Assembly (NCBI GenBank): GCA_019239825.1
Contig: JAFAZK010000156.1
Span: 3,080-67,079 of the forward strand
Length of the DNA stretch: 64,000 bases
Source of the DNA: Verrucomicrobiota bacterium
GTDB lineage: Bacteria > Verrucomicrobiota > Verrucomicrobiia > Chthoniobacterales > JAFAMB01
Reading direction: 5' to 3'
Shown here: in pieces, positions 56,188 to 64,000 of the stretch
Position numbering within the stretch: the stretch's first letter is position 1
Layout of the letters: every line of letters starts with the position of its first letter
Position numbers and translations under genes: made by a program
The notes under the pieces: model-generated
The model's database searches: none
The model's input: the letters and a program-made list of their open reading frames with translations, nothing else
What the model was told of the DNA's origin: nothing

Positions 56188-58938
56188 ATGACTCAACCTT
56201 CGAGTACTTCGGTAGAACTCGCTGGGAACACTGTCCCAGTTCTAGCGGTCAGCGACCCGTTCGCCTTACAGGCTGATGATGTCCTGAACACTTTGCGGAG
56301 CAATCGCGACGGCCTCTCCGGTGCGGAGGCTGCCGATCGGCTTAAGGCCACCGGCCCTAACCGGCTTCCAGCGCCTCGGAAAGAAGGGCCGTTCAAACGG
56401 TTCTTTAAGCACTTTAATGACATTCTCATTTATATTCTTCTGGTTGCCGGCGTGGCGAAGGGATTTCTCGGAAAATGGGTGGATGCCTGCGTAATTATCG
56501 CTGTAGCGGTAATCAACGCCACTGTCGGTTTCATCCAGGAAGGCAAGGCTGAAGAGGCCCTCGAGGGCATCCGTAAGATGCTCTCGCTACGTGCGCATAC
56601 GCGCAGGGAGGGTGAGTGGATCGAACTTGATGGGGCCGATCTCGTGCCAGGCGATATTGTGCGACTTCGCTCGGGCGACCGGGTACCGGCCGACGTTCGG
56701 CTGATCGAGGCGACTAACCTGCGCATCGAGGAATCTGCCCTTACTGGAGAGTCCGTGCCGACGGATAAGAGCCCTGAGCCCGTGGACGCCAAAGCCGGGA
56801 TCGGTGACCGGCGCTGCATGGCCTATTCCGGAACACTTGTAGCCGCCGGGCGTGGTACGGGCGTCGTTACCGCAACCGGGGCCGCTACCGAGTTGGGTCA
56901 GATCAGCCGGATGATGGGCGAAGTGGAAAGCCTGGCGACACCGCTGACCCGGCAGATGACTGCTTTCGGTAAGCGCTTGTCCTTCGTTATCATCGGGATG
57001 GCCGCAGTGATGTTTGTGATAGGCTGGTTGCTTTACGGCTTTGGCCTTAATGAGCTTTTCTCGGCCGCCATCGGTTTTGCCGTTGCCGCGATACCTGAAG
57101 GGTTACCCGCGATCATGACGATAACCCTGGCGATCGGCGTGCACCGCATGGTCCAGCGTAACGCCATCACGCGGAAGCTCACGGCGGTGGAAACGCTTGG
57201 CTCTGTAACAACCATCTGTTCGGACAAGACCGGTACGTTGACTCGTAATGAAATGACCGTGCGGCATCTGGTCACCAGAGCCGGACAATACGATGTGGAG
57301 GGGATCGGTTATTCTCCAGAGGGCCGAATCTTGCGCGACGGGCAAGAAGCTTCGCTGGCTGCGAATCCAGATCTGCAAGCGTTAATCGAGGTTATGGCCG
57401 TTTGCAACGATTCAGAGATCGCCCAGGAGGATGGTCACTGGAAAGTGATTGGGGAACCGACCGAAGGCGCTCTGCGCACACTTGGGCGGAAAGTAAACTT
57501 TCAGCGAAAAGACCACCAACGGCTGGCGGTTGTTCCCTTTGAGTCGGAAAACAAGTTCATGGCCACGCTCGATCGGGTACCCGGAAATGATCTGCGTATT
57601 TTGCTCAAGGGAGCGCCTGACCGGTTGCTGAGCCGGTGCGCTGAGGAGCGCGCCGCGAACGGTGAGACGCAACCGCTTGACCGGGAGTTCTGGGAGAACC
57701 AGATCGACGGTCTTGGCAGTCAGGGTCTGCGTGTCCTGGCCGCCGCCAATCGTGAGGTCAAGGAGGATAAGAGCGATCTGACCATAGAAGATCTAGACAA
57801 GGATTTGGTCTTTCTCGGGCTGGTCGGCATTATCGACCCTCCGCGTCCGGAAGCGATCGAGGCGATCGCGGCCTGCAAACAGGCGGGCATTCGAGTCAAG
57901 ATGATCACGGGCGATCACGCCGGCACTGCGACTGCCATTGGCTGGGAGATGGGTATTACGGAAAACCCCAAGGCAATCACTGGTGCTGAACTCGAGGCGG
58001 CCTCGGACGAGGACCTGCGCCAAATCGTTCCAGACACCGATATTTTCGCCCGGACCAGCCCCGAACATAAGCTGCGACTGGTTCAGGCGTTACAGGCCAA
58101 CAACGAGGTTGTGGCCATGACCGGCGATGGCATGAATGACGCGCCGGCTCTTAAGCGCGCTGACGTTGGTGTTGCCATGGGCATTAAAGGCACTGAGGCA
58201 ACCAAAGAGGCGGCCGACATCGTCCTGGCCGATGACAATTTTGCCTCGATTGAGCGCGCCGTGGAAGAGGGCCGCACTATCTACGACAATCTGCAGAAGG
58301 CGATCCTTTTTATCTTGCCAACCAATGGCGCGCAGGCGCTCGTGATCCTGGTTGCGGTGCTTTTGGGATTGGATCTGCCCCTAGCGCCCGTGCAAATTCT
58401 GTGGGCCAACATGGTTACCGCGGTAACCCTATCCCTGGCGCTGGCTTACGAACCCGCTGAACCGGAATTAATGCGACGCCCGCCGCGCAGGCCGGGCGCG
58501 CCGATTCTGGGAGAATTTGCTCTTTGGCGGATTGCTTTTGTCTCGGTATTGATCGGCGGCGCGACACTCACCGTTTTTCGGTTCGAAGAGCACCGCGGTG
58601 ACTCGACCGCAGTGGCCCAAACAATGGCAGTGAATACTCTGGTGCTTGGCCAGCTGTTTTATTTGTTCAATGCCAGGTTCATTCGCGAATCGAGCTTGCG
58701 GTTCGGTTTGCTGTTCACCAACCGGGTGGTTTGGATTTCTATCGGCGTGCTGATTGTACTGCAACTGTTGTTCGTTTATGTGCCATTGCTGAACCTGTTG
58801 TTTTACTCCGCTCCGATCAGCGCCCGTGACTGGTTTTTACCGATCGGCATTGGTGTTTTTATTTTCCTGGCAGTCGAGGCCGAGAAAGCGGTGATCCGGA
58901 AATTGAATCCGGACAGGTCCGGGCCACGACTTGGGTAG
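56188..58938 (+). CDS. Cation-transporting P-type ATPase (type II, Ca/Mg/Na-like)
   Basis: [10 protein letters not shown] phosphorylation site, TGES, MITGDH and [22 protein letters not shown]. The ATG at 56188 is preceded by AGGAGAG. Confidence 0.92.
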   Translation: MTQPSSTSVELAGNTVPVLAVSDPFALQADDVLNTLRSNRDGLSGAEAADRLKATGPNRLPAPRKEGPFKRFFKHFNDILIYILLVAGVAKGFLGKWVDACVIIAVAVINATVGFIQEGKAEEALEGIRKMLSLRAHTRREGEWIELDGADLVPGDIVRLRSGDRVPADVRLIEATNLRIEESALTGESVPTDKSPEPVDAKAGIGDRRCMAYSGTLVAAGRGTGVVTATGAATELGQISRMMGEVESLATPLTRQMTAFGKRLSFVIIGMAAVMFVIGWLLYGFGLNELFSAAIGFAVAAIPEGLPAIMTITLAIGVHRMVQRNAITRKLTAVETLGSVTTICSDKTGTLTRNEMTVRHLVTRAGQYDVEGIGYSPEGRILRDGQEASLAANPDLQALIEVMAVCNDSEIAQEDGHWKVIGEPTEGALRTLGRKVNFQRKDHQRLAVVPFESENKFMATLDRVPGNDLRILLKGAPDRLLSRCAEERAANGETQPLDREFWENQIDGLGSQGLRVLAAANREVKEDKSDLTIEDLDKDLVFLGLVGIIDPPRPEAIEAIAACKQAGIRVKMITGDHAGTATAIGWEMGITENPKAITGAELEAASDEDLRQIVPDTDIFARTSPEHKLRLVQALQANNEVVAMTGDGMNDAPALKRADVGVAMGIKGTEATKEAADIVLADDNFASIERAVEEGRTIYDNLQKAILFILPTNGAQALVILVAVLLGLDLPLAPVQILWANMVTAVTLSLALAYEPAEPELMRRPPRRPGAPILGEFALWRIAFVSVLIGGATLTVFRFEEHRGDSTAVAQTMAVNTLVLGQLFYLFNARFIRESSLRFGLLFTNRVVWISIGVLIVLQLLFVYVPLLNLLFYSAPISARDWFLPIGIGVFIFLAVEAEKAVIRKLNPDRSGPRLG

Positions 58939-59044
58939 AGCGAAGCTTCCTAAGCCTGAGCGACAAGATGTCGCCGGTGCCTTGGGACTCATTTGTTTGT
59001 GCGACGAATCGCCTTATTAATTTTCAATTCAGAAAATTCTCAAA

Positions 59045-60451
59045 TTAAAAGGCTAAGAGCTCCAGACGCTGGTTCGCTTTTGGTTGCCGCGCCGACGGGC
59101 CGGTAACCAGCAGCACCTGCTGGCAACGCAGGCCCAGTGCCGAGAGCAGACCCCTCGTATACTCGCGCCAATCGACAGGTTCCTCGGCCAGATCCACCGG
59201 GTGCACTCCGTAAGAGAAAGCCAACCCTTGCAGGGCGGAAGGTTCACGGCCTGCCGCTATTATCCAGACCGGTGCTCTCCAACGTGCCACAGCCCGCGCT
59301 GTAGTCCCCCCAAGGCTGGGCACCAACACCGCGTCACAGGGCGCGACCTCCAGGGCACGTTCAACCAGCATTGCTTTTGGGTTGACCACGAGATCACCCA
59401 TCTCCCGCTGGAATGCCAACGACGAACGTGGCCGGTGCGTCTCCGTGAACGCGGCTATCTTCGCCAGCATCGTTACAGATTCATGCGGAAACTTACCCGT
59501 TGCCGATTCGCCGGACAGCATGACACAATCCGTTCCATCCAAAATCGCATTCGCCACATCGGTAGCCTCAGCCCGAGTTGGCAACCGACTCGAAGTCATA
59601 GACTCCAGCATCTGAGTGGCGGTAATGACCGGTTTGCCGGCCGCATTCGCTTTAGCGATCAGCTGCTTTTGCAGAATCGCTATCTCCTCAATCGGCACCT
59701 CCACACCAAGATCTCCACGCGCAATCATAATACCGTCGGCAGCCCGTAAAATTTCTTCGAAACGCTGGACGGATTCGTAACGTTCAATCTTGGCAATGAG
59801 GAATGGGCTTTTGTTGAGGGCGGCAGCTGCGTTTCGCACCGCCTCGATATCGGCGCTGCTTTCGACGAACGACTGGCCGACGGCATCGACCCCGCAGCCC
59901 AGAGCAAACTCAAGACATTTGCGGTCGTGATTTGTAAAGGCGGAGATGCCGAGATTTATGCGCGGAAGATTCAAGCCCTTGCGCGAACGAAGCTCGCCGC
60001 CGACAGCGACCGTGCAGTGGACCTCATTACCTTCCACCCGATCGACGAGAAGCTGGACTAATCCATCGTTCAAAAACAGGCGATCGCCAGGCTTCACCAC
60101 GCGGGGAAGCGGCTCGAAACTCATCGACACCCGTCGAGCGTTGCCGGTGACCGGTTCGCAGGTCAGGGTAAAGCAATCACCAGACGTGAGGTGGATCGGA
60201 TCGGGCTCGATGGTTCCCACTCTCATTTTTGGCCCTGGGAGGTCGGCCATGATCGCGACCCGGCGCCCTGTGGTCTTAGCAGCGGTACGGATACGGGTGA
60301 CCACCTCCGCATGCTGGTCGAAAGTCCCATGCGAAAAGTTCAGTCGCGCGATATTCATGCCAGCACGGATAAGGCTTTCCAGCATTTCCTGCGAGTTCGA
60401 CGCCGGACCGATCGTCGCCACGATTTTCGTTTTGTGGTTAGGTAATGTCAT
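59045..60451 (-). CDS. pyk: Pyruvate kinase
   Basis: KTKIVATIGPAS...MNIARLNFSHG, MIARGDLGVE and MLSGESA motifs. 468 aa. Confidence 0.95.
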   Translation of the reverse strand: MTLPNHKTKIVATIGPASNSQEMLESLIRAGMNIARLNFSHGTFDQHAEVVTRIRTAAKTTGRRVAIMADLPGPKMRVGTIEPDPIHLTSGDCFTLTCEPVTGNARRVSMSFEPLPRVVKPGDRLFLNDGLVQLLVDRVEGNEVHCTVAVGGELRSRKGLNLPRINLGISAFTNHDRKCLEFALGCGVDAVGQSFVESSADIEAVRNAAAALNKSPFLIAKIERYESVQRFEEILRAADGIMIARGDLGVEVPIEEIAILQKQLIAKANAAGKPVITATQMLESMTSSRLPTRAEATDVANAILDGTDCVMLSGESATGKFPHESVTMLAKIAAFTETHRPRSSLAFQREMGDLVVNPKAMLVERALEVAPCDAVLVPSLGGTTARAVARWRAPVWIIAAGREPSALQGLAFSYGVHPVDLAEEPVDWREYTRGLLSALGLRCQQVLLVTGPSARQPKANQRLELLAF

Positions 60452-60840
60452 AGCCGTCTTCGCGCGTGCAACTCTAACAATAACATCACGCCTAGCTCGG
60501 CGCTCGTGATTACTCTCGCTCCAATAGACGCGCGCATCCGAAGTGCGTCAGTCGCTAACATCCTCATTGATCAAGCTGAAGACTAATCAACCAAGGCGAT
60601 CATGGAGTTTTTTGGACCCGGGTGAGGAAGCGGCTTGGCAAAATAACGTGCAAAAGACGTGAGAGCTAGCTGCAAGACAATCCCTCAACCTGTGAGCAAA
60701 GCTAACCAAGAAAACGTGGAACATCCCCGACGGTTAAGCATAGATCTAGAAACGCGGCACAAAAACAATCCTATGAGAAGTGTTTATTTGTGCTTGCTAG
60801 TCGGCTAGGGGTGTCGTTTATTAGCCGACCCCTAACTGTT

Positions 60841-61353
60841 ATGAACAGAAGAGCAGTAGTTCTAGCGGGGTTAGCGAGCCTCGCCGCGGCAGTTGCGGCT
60901 CCCCCTGTTGTACAATCGCAGACGTCCGACGAAACCGAGATTCCTGAGTTAGAACCCCTTCGCGCGCTGCTCAAAGCGCTCGATGTGGCCTTTAGCAATC
61001 AGGACCTCGCTGGAGTCATGGCTACGCTGTCCGATAATGCGGCAATCATGGGCAGCGGTCCCGGAGAAATCTGGTCTGGTACTGATGAAATCAAAGCGGC
61101 GTATCAACACTTTTTTGAGGGATTCGATAGTGGGCAACAAAGTTTTGATTACGAATTCAGTCTCGGCAAAATTGGAGCAGACTCCGGTTGGATGATGACT
61201 TCCGGAAACGTCAGCGGGACGAAGGATGGAAAAGAATTCACTTTTCCAGTTAACATCTCGCTAGTTGCCACCAAGGATGGAGGGAAGTGGCTGATCGCAG
61301 CGATGCATTTTTCGACCCTGACGGGCGACACTGAGGAGAGGGAGGAAGACTAA
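60841..61353 (+). CDS. Secreted NTF2-fold protein (SnoaL/DUF4440-like)
   Basis: ATG at 60841 gives the signal peptide MNRRAVVLAGLASLAAAVAAPPVVQS, followed by an NTF2-like core. 16 nt upstream of the repeat peptide gene. Confidence 0.65.
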   Translation: MNRRAVVLAGLASLAAAVAAPPVVQSQTSDETEIPELEPLRALLKALDVAFSNQDLAGVMATLSDNAAIMGSGPGEIWSGTDEIKAAYQHFFEGFDSGQQSFDYEFSLGKIGADSGWMMTSGNVSGTKDGKEFTFPVNISLVATKDGGKWLIAAMHFSTLTGDTEEREED

Positions 61354-61369
61354 CCTCGCTTCTATATTT

Positions 61370-61648
61370 ATGGATAATGAACCATCCTCTCAGTTAGATA
61401 GCTCCAAGCAGGAACAGGATTCGGTGAATAGGCGTCTGTTTCTGCGGAGTGTCGGGAAATGGTCGGCTGCAGCGATTGCTGCGGTTGGCTTGTGCGGTGC
61501 CTGGTTGGCAACTGAGTCTAAGGCCGGCGTTTGGATCAACCGCTGGGGACCGCGTCGTCGTGGCCGGTGGATCAATCGTTGGGGCCCGCGCGGCCGATGG
61601 ATCAATCGCTGGGGGCCTCGTCGCGGTGGGTGGGTGAATTGGTGGTAA
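61370..61648 (+). CDS. Trp/Arg-rich repeat peptide with twin-arginine-type signal (candidate RiPP precursor)
   Basis: MDNEPSSQLDSSKQEQDSVNRRLFLRSVGKWSAAAIAAVGLCGAWLATESKA, then GVWINRWGPRRRGRWINRWGPRGRWINRWGPRRGGWVNWW. Differences between repeat cores are all synonymous. Sits directly upstream of a radical SAM/SPASM gene pair. Confidence 0.7.
   Translation: MDNEPSSQLDSSKQEQDSVNRRLFLRSVGKWSAAAIAAVGLCGAWLATESKAGVWINRWGPRRRGRWINRWGPRGRWINRWGPRRGGWVNWW
61532..61630 (+). repeat. Three in-frame tandem coding repeats (36, 30 and 33 nt), each encoding WINRWGPR plus an Arg/Gly spacer
   Basis: Units at 61532-61567, 61568-61597 and 61598-61630, followed by a degenerate WVNWW tail (61631-61645). Confidence 0.9.
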
Positions 61649-61795
61649 CGGACGCAGCCCGGCGAAGCCGTAACGAAAAATCAAGCGCTGTAAACGGCGT
61701 ACCGGTGTCTGGGTGTATCGCCGTAAACCGAGCTTAATTTCCCTCTAGGATTTTCGCAAAAATCGAAGATTTGCGGACAGAGGAGGAGTGGATCT

Positions 61796-62668
61796 ATGCG
61801 CGTGTCTGAGGAAGCTTACCCTTCTTTGAGGATTATGCCTTCTGCGCTGGCAGAAACACAAGAGGAGTTGCCCTTCGTCGTTATCGTTCGGAATCGAGCC
61901 GAATTTTTTCGCTGGTTACGGAAGCCACCTCGCGCTTTGAGGTGGCTTCAGGTGGAAGGAATGTTGGCGGACTCCGAAGCTTGGGCGGAGGCGGCCCACA
62001 ACGCTTCTCACGTTCCTTTGGATGTGATGCTTTTCGATCCGGCTTCAGAATTTTCCGATCTTTACAGATTGGTAGATGTATGTGCAGCTCGGGAAGTCCG
62101 GGTGACCGTGCCCGCCGCGCCAGGTTTAGCGAAAGTGGTCAGGCTGGCGGCGGCCCTGCGACTCCCGATTCGGGTGTTGCCGGGGCAGCCGGCAGCTGAG
62201 GCGCTGGAAGAGCTGCACGACGCTCTGGAGTTCTATCTTCACGAGCCGATGGTTGAAACCCCCGTGGAGTTCTTTCACTCCTTGCTCGCAGCCATGTCCG
62301 GCGGCGATGCGAACTCGCTGTGGATGATACTCGAGGAGGACGCGGAGGCTTTCCAGCTTTTTGATGCCGACGGGCAGCCAAGATTGCCACGAGCAGCCGA
62401 TTCAGACAAGGTCATGACGGCTAGCGCGGCATTTGTTGAGACTCATCTGAACCGTCTGATAGCGGAAGGCGCCGAATGCGCCACATGTCCATGGCAACAG
62501 CAATGCCGAGGATATTTCAAATGGCCCGATCCCCTTTACTCGTGTGAGGGTATTAAGCAGCTCTTTTCCAGTATTCAGGTGGCCGGGAACGAGATTAGGA
62601 AAGAATTGGCCGATATCGCCACAGCGGATGCGGAAAGTATCTCAAGTCCCGGAGGGGATGCCATATGA
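61796..62668 (+). CDS. Hypothetical protein with C-terminal four-Cys cluster (partner of the rSAM enzyme)
   Basis: A strong AGGAGG (61781-61786) precedes the ATG. 290 aa with no CxxxCxxC motif. C-terminal CATCPWQQQCRGYFKWPDPLYSC (C-x2-C-x5-C-x12-C). The stop overlaps the downstream start (ATGA). Confidence 0.7.
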   Translation: MRVSEEAYPSLRIMPSALAETQEELPFVVIVRNRAEFFRWLRKPPRALRWLQVEGMLADSEAWAEAAHNASHVPLDVMLFDPASEFSDLYRLVDVCAAREVRVTVPAAPGLAKVVRLAAALRLPIRVLPGQPAAEALEELHDALEFYLHEPMVETPVEFFHSLLAAMSGGDANSLWMILEEDAEAFQLFDADGQPRLPRAADSDKVMTASAAFVETHLNRLIAEGAECATCPWQQQCRGYFKWPDPLYSCEGIKQLFSSIQVAGNEIRKELADIATADAESISSPGGDAI

Positions 62669-63879
62669 GCGAACGAGTCTTCAGCGTTATTCTTCTTCCT
62701 ACTTCGGACTGCAATGTAGCCTGTGACTACTGTTTTGAACACAAAGAACCGCATCGGCTTTCGCCAGCCTTGCTCCCGTTGCTGACGAAGCGCTTGCTCG
62801 ATCATCTTGAGAACGAAGACATAGAAGAATGCGAAATCTATTGGCAGGGCGGAGAGGCTATGGTCATGGGTCCCGCTTGGTTCGAGAATGCCGGCGAGGT
62901 AATGAACCGCGCAGCGGCCCAGCGAGGACGGCAGTTTGTACACTACTTACAAACCAATCTGATCGGTTACTCACAAGCTTGGAATGGCGTGATTCACAAA
63001 ATGTTCGACGGTTCGCTGGGGACCTCGATGGACTACCCGAATCTGTACCGGAAACTTTTCAAAGGCGGGGCCGCGGCATACACCGAACTCTGGACCAGGA
63101 AACTTCGTGAGGCGAAAGCTGCGGGCATTGGAGTGGGCGTGATCGCCGTGCTGCATCAAGGGAGTCTCGAAGCCGGTCCGGAAAGGTTCTATCGATATTT
63201 TACGGGGGACCTCGGGCTAACCGACTTCCAGGTTAACACGCCGTTTCCGGGTGGTCCCGCAAAGGAGGTTGAGGGCGGTTTCCAGCTGGATTCTAGCGAA
63301 TTAGCTGACTTTATGGTTGGGCTCTTCGATATCTGGATGGCCGAAGGGTACTCGTCCGGGGTGTCGGTGGGTCCATTTGATGCCTTGATTGATCACTTCA
63401 CCGGCAAACAAGCGCGCTTACCCTGTATCTGGAAAGAGAACTGCTCCAACCAGTTCATCTCGGTTGACGCAAAAGGGACAGTCGCTCAATGCGACTGCTG
63501 GGTTACCAGTTACCCGGAGTATTTCTTCGGAAATATTTTCCAGGACGCCGACCTGACGCGAATGCTTAAAACAAGTCGGGCACGGCGCGATTTTGTCGAA
63601 CGCCCGAAGCGTCTAGTTGAGGATGAAGATTGCCTTTCCTGCCGCTACCTTTCGATCTGCCATGGCGGGTGCCCGGTGCGGACCTACAGCGCCCTAGGTA
63701 CAATGATGGCAAAGGATCCCTATTGCGAAGTTTACAAGGCGGTTTTCGCCTGCGCCGAAACGCATGCCCGCGAGATTCTGCGCGCTCGTGCCGCCCCGAT
63801 CGTAGCGCCTAGACAGCGTCATGAAGTAGTCTTGAACCATGGCCCTCGACAAACTGAGCGGACGGCATCGGGATCATAA
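62665..63879 (+). CDS. Radical SAM/SPASM domain protein (anSME-like peptide-modifying maturase candidate)
   Basis: CNVACDYC (CxxxCxxC) at residues 16-23, WQGGEAM SAM-binding GGE motif, and a C-terminal SPASM signature CLSCRYLSICHGGC (C-x2-C-x5-C-x3-C) with upstream auxiliary cysteines. Confidence 0.88.
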   Translation: MSERVFSVILLPTSDCNVACDYCFEHKEPHRLSPALLPLLTKRLLDHLENEDIEECEIYWQGGEAMVMGPAWFENAGEVMNRAAAQRGRQFVHYLQTNLIGYSQAWNGVIHKMFDGSLGTSMDYPNLYRKLFKGGAAAYTELWTRKLREAKAAGIGVGVIAVLHQGSLEAGPERFYRYFTGDLGLTDFQVNTPFPGGPAKEVEGGFQLDSSELADFMVGLFDIWMAEGYSSGVSVGPFDALIDHFTGKQARLPCIWKENCSNQFISVDAKGTVAQCDCWVTSYPEYFFGNIFQDADLTRMLKTSRARRDFVERPKRLVEDEDCLSCRYLSICHGGCPVRTYSALGTMMAKDPYCEVYKAVFACAETHAREILRARAAPIVAPRQRHEVVLNHGPRQTERTASGS

Positions 63880-64000
63880 GCAAAGTGAGCAACTGGATGT
63901 CGCGCCTGCCAATACTTCGGGCGGGCGATCACACGTGCAAAGCGGGCCTATAAAGCCGTGAAGAGCAAAGCGGTGAGCAGTGTGCGTCCAGCGTTTGCAC

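Noticed and set aside
61390-61684. Minus-strand ORFs (71 and 96 aa) and the plus-strand ORFs 61449-61637 and 61531-61737, all overlapping the repeat peptide gene.
   Set aside because: They are by-products of the GC-rich in-frame repeats. The synonymous-only variation supports the 61370-61648 frame.

Overview
This 64-kb window looks like bacterial chromosome. It is moderately GC-rich by eye and densely coding on both strands, and I support about 55 protein genes. I found no intact rRNA or tRNA, no CRISPR array, and no transposase, integrase or phage genes. Most content is housekeeping or accessory metabolism. There is a polyphosphate/phosphate cluster: PPK2, a Na/Pi cotransporter, a ROK kinase and a two-domain PPK2. 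Alpha-glucan catabolism genes (three GH13 enzymes, glgP, glgX) sit next to glycolysis and lactate genes (pfk, pyk, D-LDH, lactate permease). Other genes include several SDR oxidoreductases with TetR or HxlR regulators, Kup, a P-type ATPase, MFS transporters and glutamate dehydrogenase. Recognisable small systems are an encapsulin plus DyP-peroxidase cargo pair, an SxtJ / DUF5989 / carbamoyltransferase / SGNH cassette, and a two-gene secreted operon encoding an unusual multidomain protein. Non-coding structure includes two copies of a 120-bp MITE-like element bracketing a TetR-SDR-SDR unit, a 129-bp inverted-repeat element, and a 14-bp tandem repeat family located at gene 3' ends. The stand-out is at 60.8-63.9 kb. 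There, a 92-aa peptide with a twin-arginine-type signal and three WINRWGPR repeats (all codon differences between repeat cores are synonymous) is followed by a Cys-cluster partner protein. That partner gene overlaps a radical SAM/SPASM enzyme gene by 4 nt. This is the architecture of a radical-SAM-modified RiPP, and I do not recognise the peptide family. All family assignments come from reading the translated ORFs; no database search was possible.
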